NCBI GenBank assembly: GCA_018830465.1
Contig: JAHJSI010000048.1
Span: 1 to 33,768 of the forward strand
DNA: 33,768 nucleotides
Direction: 5' to 3'
Origin: Patescibacteria group bacterium
GTDB taxonomy: Bacteria; Patescibacteriota; Patescibacteriia; UBA2169
Shown here in pieces: positions 8,465 to 17,005 of this stretch. The stretch's first letter is position 1. Each line of letters opens with the position of its first letter. The notes beneath the pieces are model-generated. The model saw nothing but the letters and a program-made list of their open reading frames with translations. It did no database searches and was not told the origin of the DNA. A program made the position numbers and the translations under genes.

Positions 8465-8499
8465 GAGGCATCCAGAAAATCGGATGCCTTTTTCTTTTT
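8465..8499 (+). terminator. intrinsic terminator after the 8141 gene
   Basis: Stem GGCATCC (8467-8473) / GGATGCC (8482-8488), 8-nt loop, followed by TTTTTCTTTTT. The T-run abuts the mfd stop codon (8498-8500). Confidence 0.75.
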
Positions 8500-10936
8500 A
8501 CAATTGCTTTACGCATATTTCCAGTTTTTTCATCCAATCAGAACCAAGGTCTTTTTTTGGCACTTTTATTTTTTCTGTTCCATACTGCCAATGCGGACAT
8601 TTGTCCAGAATTTTAGCAAATATTCTTGGCTCAATCGGCTTTAAGGTTTGCAGAATAATATATTGCTCTTGAGAAGCAGAAGATGTAAAAGCTGTATCAA
8701 TCGCGCTTATGCCAGCTTGCTTTCCAAGAATTTTAAGAGAGAAAATATAGAAAAGATTTTCAATCGGCTTTGGAAGCGCTCCATCTTTCTGGAGTTCATT
8801 TTTTGCGCGCGTGATCTCATCAATAGAATCAATCAAAGCCCATTCGTGATAAAGCTCAATTCGTTTTTGCTTGTCTTTCTCAAAGAATTTAGGAATCCTT
8901 GCTTCAATAGGCAAGTCAACAGAAATATCAGACAGCATTTCACTTGGCGCGCCTGATTTGATTTCTTCAACAGCATTATTCAGCAAGCGAAGATACAATC
9001 CTAATCCAATTGACTTCACATGCCCATGCTGGGCTTTTCCTAGAACATTTCCAACGCCTCGAATCTCCATATCAGCTTGGGCAATATCAAAACCTGCCCC
9101 AAGTTCTTTCGCGGCTTCTAAAGCTCGCAAGCGTTTTTCCGCTCCACCAGTTAATTTTTGCCTTCTGAAGAAAAAGTAAGCATATGCCTGCCTTGATCCT
9201 CTGCCGATTCTTCCGCGAATTTGATGCAATTGCGATAGCCCGAATTGAACAGCATTATCAACAATTAAAGTATTAACATTAGGAAGGTCAACTCCGTTTT
9301 CAATAATAGTTGAGCAAACAAGAACATCAATTTTTTGCTTGTCAAAATCATGCATTTGTTTAGCCATTTCCTGCTCTGGCATTTGTCCATGAAGCATTCC
9401 AATTTTTATTTTTGGCAATAAATCCTGAAGTTCCTGCTTTTTAAGGTGCATTGTCTCAACTTTATTGTAAAGATAATACACTTGTCCTTTGCGTTTTATT
9501 TCACCTTGAATCGCTTGGGCAATATGCTTTTGATTATAGGATTCTATAATTGTATTAATCGGCTTTCTTCCGCCGGGAGGAGTGGAAATTGTGGAAATAG
9601 CGCGCACTCCTGATACTGCCAAATGCAGAGTTCTGGGAATAGGCGTTGCTGTTAATGTGAGCACATGGGATTCAGAACGAAGTCTTTTTAACTGCTCTTT
9701 GTGGTTAACTCCAAATCTTTGCTCTTCATCAATAACAATAAGCCCTAGATTTTTGAATTTAACGTCTTCTGATAAAAGGCGATGAGTGCCGATAATAATA
9801 TCAATTTTGCCTTTTTTTATTTGATCAATTGTTTTTAACTGCTCTTGTTTTGATTGAAATCTTGAGAGCGCGGCTATGTTAATTGGAAGATTTTTTAATC
9901 TGTCAGTAAATGTGTCAATATGCTGCTGAGTAAGAATTGTGGTAGGGGACAGAACAGCAACCTGGAATCCTTCTAAAGCGACTTTAGCGGCAGCGCGGAT
10001 TGCTATTTCTGTTTTTCCAAAACCAACATCACCGCAAACTAGTCGGTCCATTGGGATTTCATCACTCAAATCATCACAAATTGTTTCAATAACTTTTTTT
10101 TGATCGTCTGTTTCAGTATAAGGGAAAGACTTAGCAAGATCTTGCTCAATTTTTTCAGCTCTTGGTATTGCGATTGCTTTTGAAAGCTGGCGTTTTGCCT
10201 GGGTATTAAGCAGTTCGCGCGCGTGATGCAAAGTTTCTATGCTTACTTTGCTTAAAGATTTGCCCCAGCCAGAAGAAGACAAGCGGTTCAACGTAGGGTT
10301 GGGATCGCCAATGTATTTTTCCATTTTCTCGGCAGATGTGACAGGCAAGAACAAGGCATCATTTTCCGCGTAGCATAGTTTAAAATATTCTCTTGAAATA
10401 TTGTCAATCTTTTGCTCGACCATTCCATCAAATTTCGCGATCCCATGATCAATATGAACAACATAATCTCCTGTTTGCAGATTCTTTATAAATGAGGTCA
10501 GTTTGTATTTTTGTTTTTGTTCGTCTTTGGACGCGAATAATTTTGTTAATTGATGAATGTTTGCCCGCGTAAAATTGATTTCCACATCAGGCGAAGAAGG
10601 GAACGGTTCAAAAATAATATATTTGATTGGCGTATTGCAATTATTCTGGACAGGCGGGCGATCAAGAGCTTCTTGTTTAGTTAAAATTATTAAGCGATTA
10701 TGGCTGTTTTTTGTTTTTAAATGCGTTATTAAATTTAATTTCGCAAATTCATCATCAACCAAAAATAAAATCCGCGATTTGATTTTATCGCTATGATCTA
10801 TTATTTTTTCAAGCAAAAATGCATGTATTACAGGATTTGTGGGGATTTTTACAACTATTTTTTGCTTAGAATTAAGTTTTTCCGCAATACGCTTAACATC
10901 CTCCGAAATATCCGGAGGAGCTTGTCTTTGCTCCAT
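8498..10936 (-). CDS. mfd: transcription-repair coupling factor Mfd, N-terminally short form
   Basis: 812-aa ORF. CarD-like RNAP-interaction motif GDYVVHIDHGIAKFDGM already at about residue 156. SF2 motifs: VCGDVGFGKTEIAIRAA, VIDEEQRFG, TATPIPRTL, QLHQIRGRIGRG. Confidence 0.9.
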   Translation of the reverse strand: MEQRQAPPDISEDVKRIAEKLNSKQKIVVKIPTNPVIHAFLLEKIIDHSDKIKSRILFLVDDEFAKLNLITHLKTKNSHNRLIILTKQEALDRPPVQNNCNTPIKYIIFEPFPSSPDVEINFTRANIHQLTKLFASKDEQKQKYKLTSFIKNLQTGDYVVHIDHGIAKFDGMVEQKIDNISREYFKLCYAENDALFLPVTSAEKMEKYIGDPNPTLNRLSSSGWGKSLSKVSIETLHHARELLNTQAKRQLSKAIAIPRAEKIEQDLAKSFPYTETDDQKKVIETICDDLSDEIPMDRLVCGDVGFGKTEIAIRAAAKVALEGFQVAVLSPTTILTQQHIDTFTDRLKNLPINIAALSRFQSKQEQLKTIDQIKKGKIDIIIGTHRLLSEDVKFKNLGLIVIDEEQRFGVNHKEQLKRLRSESHVLTLTATPIPRTLHLAVSGVRAISTISTPPGGRKPINTIIESYNQKHIAQAIQGEIKRKGQVYYLYNKVETMHLKKQELQDLLPKIKIGMLHGQMPEQEMAKQMHDFDKQKIDVLVCSTIIENGVDLPNVNTLIVDNAVQFGLSQLHQIRGRIGRGSRQAYAYFFFRRQKLTGGAEKRLRALEAAKELGAGFDIAQADMEIRGVGNVLGKAQHGHVKSIGLGLYLRLLNNAVEEIKSGAPSEMLSDISVDLPIEARIPKFFEKDKQKRIELYHEWALIDSIDEITRAKNELQKDGALPKPIENLFYIFSLKILGKQAGISAIDTAFTSSASQEQYIILQTLKPIEPRIFAKILDKCPHWQYGTEKIKVPKKDLGSDWMKKLEICVKQL

Positions 10937-10969
10937 AATTTAATTATATATTAGCGCAAATTCTGTGTA

Positions 10970-10999
10970 TTGACAAGTGTGATTAAGATGTGCTAAAAT
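10970..10999 (+). promoter_or_regulatory. strong + strand promoter pointing into the mfd-pth spacer
   Basis: TTGACA (10970-10975), 18-nt spacer ending TGc, TAAAAT (10994-10999). Both flanking genes are on the minus strand, so it can only drive the spacer transcript. Confidence 0.55.
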
Positions 11000-11008
11000 T
11001 TTCTACTA

Positions 11009-11166
11009 TTCTTCTTATTCATCTGCTTGTAGTCCGTCTTGCGCGGGAACCCCTCCTAACCTGCGACGGACATCAAGTCAGGATTAATTGTTTTTACGAT
11101 TAACCCTGCGCTACAAGCAGATGCATGAGAAGAACCATGTACCGCTCACTCCGCTCAAGTACAGGG
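11009..11166 (+). ncRNA. candidate structured small RNA of unknown class (alternative: MITE-like inverted-repeat element)
   Basis: A 24-nt arm (11009-11032) pairs with 11111-11134: 22 Watson-Crick pairs, 1 G-U and 1 mismatch. It encloses two hairpins, 11033-11070 and 11079-11108. A third hairpin at 11135-11166 has a loop carrying CCGCTCA twice. GC-richer than its surroundings. No ORF. Confidence 0.4.
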
Positions 11167-11194
11167 CAAGCTAGTAAAATTGGGATGAAAATAT

Positions 11195-11752
11195 TTAGAT
11201 AGATATAGTTGTTTTCTGTATGCCAGATAGCCATTCATCTATAACCCCTGGAATTTTTTTCAGGGATTTTTTTATAATCTTTTCTCCATCCTTTGTTGGC
11301 GACTTTAGAATGTAGTCCTCAGAAGACACGCGCTGTTTGCCTGCTTTTTTTTCCGCAATGCCAATCTTCAATCGTGCCACGCTCTCTGCCCGTAGGGCTT
11401 TTAGCACTGACTGCATGCCTTGGTGTCCGCCTGATGAGCCATCTGGACGCAGGCGCAGTGTGCCTATCAGCAGATCAATATCATCATAAATAATCAAAAT
11501 ATCTTCTTTCTTGATTTTATAATATCTTGCAATCTTGCCAACGGCATCACCGGATTTATTCATAAAGGTCTGCGGTTTTGCAAGAATTACTTTTGTTTTT
11601 CCAATTTTTTCTTCCACAACAAGAGCATTGAATTTGTCATCTTGTTTAAAGCTCTTTTTGTCCGCAAGCATGTCAACAGCATGAAATCCAGTATTGTGGC
11701 GCTGTTTTTCGTGTTCTTCACCTGGGTTTCCTAATCCAATTATTAGTTTCAT
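11195..11752 (-). CDS. pth: peptidyl-tRNA hydrolase
   Basis: 185-aa ORF. N-terminus MKLIIGLGNPGEEHEKQRHNTGF, plus DDIDLLIGTLRLRPDGSSGGHQG. AAGGAGA lies 7 nt upstream of the ATG. Confidence 0.93.
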   Translation of the reverse strand: MKLIIGLGNPGEEHEKQRHNTGFHAVDMLADKKSFKQDDKFNALVVEEKIGKTKVILAKPQTFMNKSGDAVGKIARYYKIKKEDILIIYDDIDLLIGTLRLRPDGSSGGHQGMQSVLKALRAESVARLKIGIAEKKAGKQRVSSEDYILKSPTKDGEKIIKKSLKKIPGVIDEWLSGIQKTTISI

Positions 11753-11756
11753 AAAA

Positions 11757-13157
11757 TTATCTCCTTATATTCTTTGTGACTAATCTTCTGTGCCTGTGCG
11801 TCACGCGTTTATGCCTTGGTTTTATTGTTTCCATTTCTTCTTTTTTTATCTCGCGCTGCTTTACTGTAAGTTTAACAGGTACGCCTTCAAAATCAAATTT
11901 TTCCCGCAAAGAATTTATTAAATACTGCTGATATGATTTCGCAAGAGAGGTTTTGTTCGGAATTTCAAGCAAGAAAGACGGTGGATTTGCTTTTGTCTGC
12001 TTAAGATAGAGCAAACGAGGCCTGCGAGTTCCTTTTCCAATAGTTGGCTTGCGTTTTTTGACAGCGCTCTTTATAAATTTATCAAGCGCGTTATCAGTTA
12101 TTTCTCTTTCAAGGTTTGTTTTGATATTTTCCGCGAGAGATAGGATTTCTTTTGTGCGCTTGTTTTCTATCGCGCTTGTGAAAATAATAGGAACCCATGA
12201 AAGATTTGGGAAAGATGAATCAATATATTGCTTGTATTTGTTTATTGTGCCTTCATCTTTGTCGGCAATTAAATCCCATTTGTTGGCAATTATAATAAGG
12301 CCTTTACTCATGTCTTCAATTTCACGCGCAAGCCGATGGTCTTGTGATGTAAGATTTTCTGAAATATCAATAATCAACGCGACAACATGGGCGCGCTCAA
12401 TCGCGGCCATTGATTTATTAATGCTTAAATGCTCAATTTCATCTCCTTGTTTTGTTTTTCTGCGAATTCCAGCAGTATCAATAACTGTGTATGCAAAGTC
12501 TTTATACGTTATTTGAATATCCTGCGAATCGCGAGTTGTGTGCGGAGTTTCTGATACAATCATGCGATCCTCTCCGTATATGCTATTTAGAATAGATGAT
12601 TTGCCAACATTCGGCTTTCCAATTAAAGCAAGTTTGATATCTGAATCTTTTTCATCTTGTTTTTGTTCTGGAATTAATTTTACAACCTCGTCAAGAAGAT
12701 CTCCAATTCCAGATCCATTGATACTTGAGATAAGATGCATTTTAAGGCCAAGTTTTTCAAATTCATGCGCGTTAGATCTTCGTTTTGCATTATCGCATTT
12801 ATTTACAACAAGCAATATCGGCTTTCCAAGCTTTCTTAATTGCTTAATTATGCGCGCGTCGTCGTCAAGAACCCCAACATTGACATCAACCATAAATAAA
12901 ATTACGTTAGCCTTTTTTTGCATGCTAGTTGCATGCTTGATTATCAATTCATGATAAACATCGTCTTTTTTTGGATCCAAGCCGCCAGTATCAATTATTA
13001 TAAACTGTTTGTCGCGCCAGAAAACTTCAGCATCAAGAACATCTCTGGTTGTTCCAGATTCTGGCAATACAAGAGCTTGGTTCTTTTCTACAATTTTATT
13101 AAAAAGAGATGACTTGCCGACATTGCTCCGACCCACTATTATTATTTTAGATTTCAT
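11757..13157 (-). CDS. der: ribosome-associated GTPase Der/EngA
   Basis: 466-aa ORF. Two G domains (GRSNVGKSSLFN..DTGG..NKCD and GKPNVGKSSILN..DTAG..NKWD) plus a KH-like C-domain. Extra Arg/His-rich tail KPRHKRVTHRHRRLVTKNIRR. Confidence 0.93.
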   Translation of the reverse strand: MKSKIIIVGRSNVGKSSLFNKIVEKNQALVLPESGTTRDVLDAEVFWRDKQFIIIDTGGLDPKKDDVYHELIIKHATSMQKKANVILFMVDVNVGVLDDDARIIKQLRKLGKPILLVVNKCDNAKRRSNAHEFEKLGLKMHLISSINGSGIGDLLDEVVKLIPEQKQDEKDSDIKLALIGKPNVGKSSILNSIYGEDRMIVSETPHTTRDSQDIQITYKDFAYTVIDTAGIRRKTKQGDEIEHLSINKSMAAIERAHVVALIIDISENLTSQDHRLAREIEDMSKGLIIIANKWDLIADKDEGTINKYKQYIDSSFPNLSWVPIIFTSAIENKRTKEILSLAENIKTNLEREITDNALDKFIKSAVKKRKPTIGKGTRRPRLLYLKQTKANPPSFLLEIPNKTSLAKSYQQYLINSLREKFDFEGVPVKLTVKQREIKKEEMETIKPRHKRVTHRHRRLVTKNIRR

Positions 13158-14539
13158 ACGTTATCTTCGCCGACAATTATAAGCAGATCAGCGTCAACAG
13201 GAGTTATGAATTCAGGAATATTAGATGATATGTTCGCGTTCAAAGCTTCTTTGATTTTTAGCATGTCATTTGACAATTCTTGATCTGATAAATTATATAT
13301 CACTGTTTTTTCATATCCTCTTTGCTGGGCATTAGAAATATTCGCGATATCAAAAGATAATTTTCTCAGTTTGTCGGCAGTTCTTGCGGCCAATCCTTCG
13401 TGATTGGTTCCATTTTGAATTATGACGCGCAAAAATGAATCTTTTTGCTCATTATTTTTTTCTGATATTGCGCCTTGCTTAATTATATTCTGGGCAGCTA
13501 ATTTTATTTCCGAAAAATCGTCAGCGCCCATTCTTGGCCTTAAAAGATATGAACCTTCTTCAGTCTGGTCAACCATCAAAAGACCGCCTGCTTCCGCGTT
13601 TAACACGATTTGATTTAAGTTTTTTAGATCAATTTCGCCTCCTATATCATACAGTCTGAAAAGTTCCCATATTTCCATATTAGTTTCTATATGCTTTCCA
13701 ATAATTTCCGATATTGCAAGAATTTTATTTGGATTCAATAGTGTGGACATTGCCAATACTCTTGCTTGCAAAGCTTTTAGAATCTGCTGCTGCCTTCTCG
13801 CGCGCGCGAAATCGCTTCCTTCTCCTGCGGTGCCATGGCGCGAGCGCACATACTTAAGAGCTTCGTCTCCCGAGAGATTCTGCCATCCTTCGTCAAAATG
13901 AACTGACTCATAGCCAAAGTTTTCATCTGGATATTCATAATCAGTAAAAGAAGCGGGAACCTCAACTCTTATTCCGCCTAAAGCATCTATAATTTTTACA
14001 AATCCTTCAAAATCAATTTTTACATAATAATGAATATCAAGGCCGCTAATTCTTTCTATTGTATGCTTTGCAAGCAAAGATCCTGATTGCGGCCTTTTTT
14101 CAGCATCTAGAGCGATTCCATACGCGTGCGCTGCATTGATTTTTTGCCATCCAACATCTTTGATTGGAACAATAAGATCTCTTGGAATTGACAGCAGTCC
14201 CATTTTTTTATCCACTTGATCAATGCTTGCAATCATTATTGTATCAGTAAGATTTCCTCCGTCATGATTTTCTCCTCCTATTCCAAGCAATAATATATTA
14301 ATTCTGCCGTCTTCTTCGCCTTTAATTGATTTATTTTCAGAAGATACAAGATGTTTCAACTGGTTAATAACAGACGTGTTTCCAAATTGTTCTGCTATAA
14401 CATCGCTTGATATGACAGCTCTGGTGGTATATATCAGAGAAAGAAAAATTATGAACACAATAAGTGTTGGCACTATTTTTTTGATTTTTTGCTTCTGCGC
14501 TTCTTGGCTCAAGAAATCTATTTGTTGGCGGTTATGCAT
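13154..14539 (-). CDS. LytR-CpsA-Psr (LCP) family cell-envelope transferase with LytR_C domain
   Basis: 461-aa ORF. N-terminal TM segment; LCP core (INILLLGIGGENHDGGNLTDTIMIASID, RSRHG..DFARARRQQ); C-terminal LytR_C-like segment (VIIQNGTNHEGLAARTADKL). Confidence 0.85.
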   Translation of the reverse strand: MHNRQQIDFLSQEAQKQKIKKIVPTLIVFIIFLSLIYTTRAVISSDVIAEQFGNTSVINQLKHLVSSENKSIKGEEDGRINILLLGIGGENHDGGNLTDTIMIASIDQVDKKMGLLSIPRDLIVPIKDVGWQKINAAHAYGIALDAEKRPQSGSLLAKHTIERISGLDIHYYVKIDFEGFVKIIDALGGIRVEVPASFTDYEYPDENFGYESVHFDEGWQNLSGDEALKYVRSRHGTAGEGSDFARARRQQQILKALQARVLAMSTLLNPNKILAISEIIGKHIETNMEIWELFRLYDIGGEIDLKNLNQIVLNAEAGGLLMVDQTEEGSYLLRPRMGADDFSEIKLAAQNIIKQGAISEKNNEQKDSFLRVIIQNGTNHEGLAARTADKLRKLSFDIANISNAQQRGYEKTVIYNLSDQELSNDMLKIKEALNANISSNIPEFITPVDADLLIIVGEDNV

Positions 14540-14616
14540 GAGTATTATAGATTTGTTGCAATCTCTTATTTAGTAATGATACTATTATACAAGATTAGAA
14601 GTCTTTAGTAAATAAG

Positions 14617-14644
14617 TTGCAAATTATTGAAATTTTGCTATAAT
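14617..14644 (+). promoter_or_regulatory. extended -10 promoter for lepB-hisS
   Basis: TTGCAA (14617-14622), 16-nt spacer ending TGc, TATAAT (14639-14644), 11 nt before the lepB ATG. Confidence 0.55.
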
Positions 14645-14655
14645 CATTATCGTTT

Positions 14656-15273
14656 ATGGAGAACAACAAACAAATACCTGAAATAGAGAAAATGATGCAA
14701 GAAGAGCCAGAAGTCGGAGCCACCAGCGCTTTGGCGTTTATTGGAGAGCTAATAAAAATAACTTTAATCTCTTTGGCGATTATTGTGCCGGTTCGGTATT
14801 TTTTAATAAAGCCTTTTTATGTTAATGGCGCTTCAATGGAGCCCTCGTTTTATAATCATGAATATTTAATTATAGATGAGATTAGCTATAGATTTTCTCC
14901 TCCTCAAAGGGGAGATGTGGTTGTATTTAAGTATCCAAAAGATATCAGCCAGTTTTTTATAAAACGAATTATTGGCCTGCCAGGAGAGCGCGTAGTGATC
15001 TCTAATGGGGAAGTTGTTGTTTATAATTCAAATTATTTAGAAGGAATGTCTCTTGAGGAGGAATATCTATCTGAGCATATTACAACTTTTGGGGATGTTG
15101 ATATAGTTCTTAAGGAAGAAGAATATTTTGTTTTAGGCGATAACAGGGCCGCAAGTTTGGATTCAAGAAGGTTTGGGTCTCTTTCAAAGGATTTTATTAT
15201 AGGAAAAGCATGGATTAGGGGATGGCCTTTGGATAGAATCGGAATTTTGGATCATTATTTTTTTGGATTTTAA
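14656..15273 (+). CDS. lepB: signal peptidase I (S26)
   Basis: 205-aa ORF. TM anchor, catalytic Ser box NGASMEPS, Lys box KRIIGLPGE, and GDNRAASLDSR. Confidence 0.92.
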   Translation: MENNKQIPEIEKMMQEEPEVGATSALAFIGELIKITLISLAIIVPVRYFLIKPFYVNGASMEPSFYNHEYLIIDEISYRFSPPQRGDVVVFKYPKDISQFFIKRIIGLPGERVVISNGEVVVYNSNYLEGMSLEEEYLSEHITTFGDVDIVLKEEEYFVLGDNRAASLDSRRFGSLSKDFIIGKAWIRGWPLDRIGILDHYFFGF

Positions 15274-15283
15274 TTTTAATTAT

Positions 15284-16630
15284 ATGTTTAAAGCAAAGAA
15301 AGTTAAAGATTCTAAGCAAGAACCGAAAAAAATTAAGCGCGCTTCCAAGCATTCAGCCATTCTTAGAGGATTTAAAGATATTCTGCCTGAACACATGTGC
15401 TATTGGCAGCATGTTTATAATCTAGCGCATAAGTTATTTTTTGATTATGGGTATGGACAAATAGAAGTGCCGCTTTTAGAACAAACTTCTCTTTATAAAA
15501 GAACAATAGGAGAACATACAGATATCGTTACAAAAGAAATGTTTACATTTGAAGACAAAGGAGGCGATAGTGTTTCTTTGCGTCCTGAACTCACTCCTGG
15601 AATTGCTCGAGCATATGTTGAGCACGGAATGCTGAATCGACCACAGCCAGTTAAAATGTACAGTATTGGACCTTTGTTCAGATATGACAGGCCCCAAGCA
15701 GGACGGTTTAGGCAGTTTCATCAGTTAGATATGGAAATAATTGGAGATGAAAATCCCATTGCTGACGCTGAAATAATTTTTTTGTCATATTTATTTTGCA
15801 AAAAGCTTGGGATTGATGTTGTAATGCATATAAATAGTTTGGGCATGCCAGAATCAAGAGAAGAGTATATAAAATTGCTAAAAGAGTATTACAAGCCAAA
15901 AAGGCGTCTTTTGTGCGAAGATTGCAAAAAGCGGCTTACAAAAAATACCTTGCGGCTTTTGGACTGCAAAGAGCCGTCATGCCGAGATTTAACTCAAGAA
16001 GCGCCGCAGCTTATTGATTATCTTGACGATGAATCAAAACAGCACTTTGTTCGCGTTCTTGAATATTTAGACGAATCAGAAGTTCCTTATGAATTAAATC
16101 CATTTATTGTTCGAGGACTTGATTATTACAATAGAACTGCGTTTGAGATAATGCCGGTTTTTGAAAAAGCAGAGGAAGATAAAATTCCTCAAGCTATTGG
16201 AGGAGGTGGAAGGTATGACCAGCTTATAGAATTGATTGGAGGCAGGCCTGCTCATGGAGTTGGAATGGCGTTTGGTTTAGAGCGTTTGATTGATGTTGTT
16301 CATAAGTCTAAAAAGGATAGTGTGAAAAGAAAAAGGCCTCAGGTATTTTTAGCGCAGCTTGGAGAAGAGGCGGCTAAAAGAGCTTTTCCTCTTTTTGAGC
16401 GATTAAGAGAATCAGGAATTTGTGTCCGAGCAAATTTTTCAAAATCAGGCCTAAAACAGCAATTGGAAATCGCGGATAAATTAGGCGTTGTGTATTCTGT
16501 CATACTTGGACAAAAAGAGTTTTTAGATGAAACAATTATTATTAGGGATATGGAGAACGGAATTCAAGAAGTTGTTGACCTTGAAAAGATTGTTGATGAA
16601 CTAAAGAAGAGGTTGAAGAATCACGAATAA
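15284..16630 (+). CDS. hisS: histidine--tRNA ligase
   Basis: Frame of ORF 15263-16630, taking the first ATG at 15284. Class II motifs LRPELTPGIARAY, FRYDRPQAGRFRQFHQLDMEIIG, GGGGRYDQL and GVGMAFGLERL, with an anticodon-binding C-domain. Confidence 0.93.
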   Translation: MFKAKKVKDSKQEPKKIKRASKHSAILRGFKDILPEHMCYWQHVYNLAHKLFFDYGYGQIEVPLLEQTSLYKRTIGEHTDIVTKEMFTFEDKGGDSVSLRPELTPGIARAYVEHGMLNRPQPVKMYSIGPLFRYDRPQAGRFRQFHQLDMEIIGDENPIADAEIIFLSYLFCKKLGIDVVMHINSLGMPESREEYIKLLKEYYKPKRRLLCEDCKKRLTKNTLRLLDCKEPSCRDLTQEAPQLIDYLDDESKQHFVRVLEYLDESEVPYELNPFIVRGLDYYNRTAFEIMPVFEKAEEDKIPQAIGGGGRYDQLIELIGGRPAHGVGMAFGLERLIDVVHKSKKDSVKRKRPQVFLAQLGEEAAKRAFPLFERLRESGICVRANFSKSGLKQQLEIADKLGVVYSVILGQKEFLDETIIIRDMENGIQEVVDLEKIVDELKKRLKNHE

Positions 16631-16636
16631 TATCCA

Positions 16637-16665
16637 TTGACAGTATTTGTATATTTTGATACATT
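16637..16665 (+). promoter_or_regulatory. extended -10 promoter for the rpsU operon
   Basis: TTGACA (16637-16642), 17-nt spacer ending TGa, TACATT (16660-16665). Confidence 0.55.
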
Positions 16666-16726
16666 AAACATAATAATTGTTTAGATTTTTATTTTTATTT
16701 AAGACAAGTTTTTAATTGATTAAAAC

Positions 16727-16993
16727 ATGCCAATTACTATAAAGAAGAGAGACAATGAACCAAATGAGCGCCTAATTAGGCGTTTTTCTCGAAGAATCCA
16801 AACTAGTGGATTATTGCTTCGCGCTAAAAAAAGACAGTATTTTGAGCACAGAAAGAATAAGAACCACCTAAAACGCGATGCTCTTCGAAGACTTATGATG
16901 CGAGCTAAAGATGACTATTTGAGGAAAATAGGCATGCTTGAAGAAGACACTTATGGACGAACATTCAAAAGCCGTACATTCAAGAGGAGTTAA
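16727..16993 (+). CDS. rpsU: 30S ribosomal protein S21
   Basis: 88-aa highly basic ORF: MPITIKKRDNEPNERLIRRFSRRIQTSGLL..RKNKNHLKR. Typical rpsU-yqeY adjacency. Confidence 0.88.
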   Translation: MPITIKKRDNEPNERLIRRFSRRIQTSGLLLRAKKRQYFEHRKNKNHLKRDALRRLMMRAKDDYLRKIGMLEEDTYGRTFKSRTFKRS

Positions 16994-17005
16994 TTTTAGC
17001 AATTT

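Noticed and set aside
11009-11134. Assigning the mfd-pth spacer RNA to SRP (4.5S), 6S, RNase P or tmRNA.
   Set aside because: It lacks the SRP helix-8 GGAA/AGCAGC motifs, the RNase P P4 GGAAAGUCCGG-type motif and the tmRNA tRNA-like ends. Its three-way junction does not fit the 6S rod with a central bubble. It is left as an unknown class.
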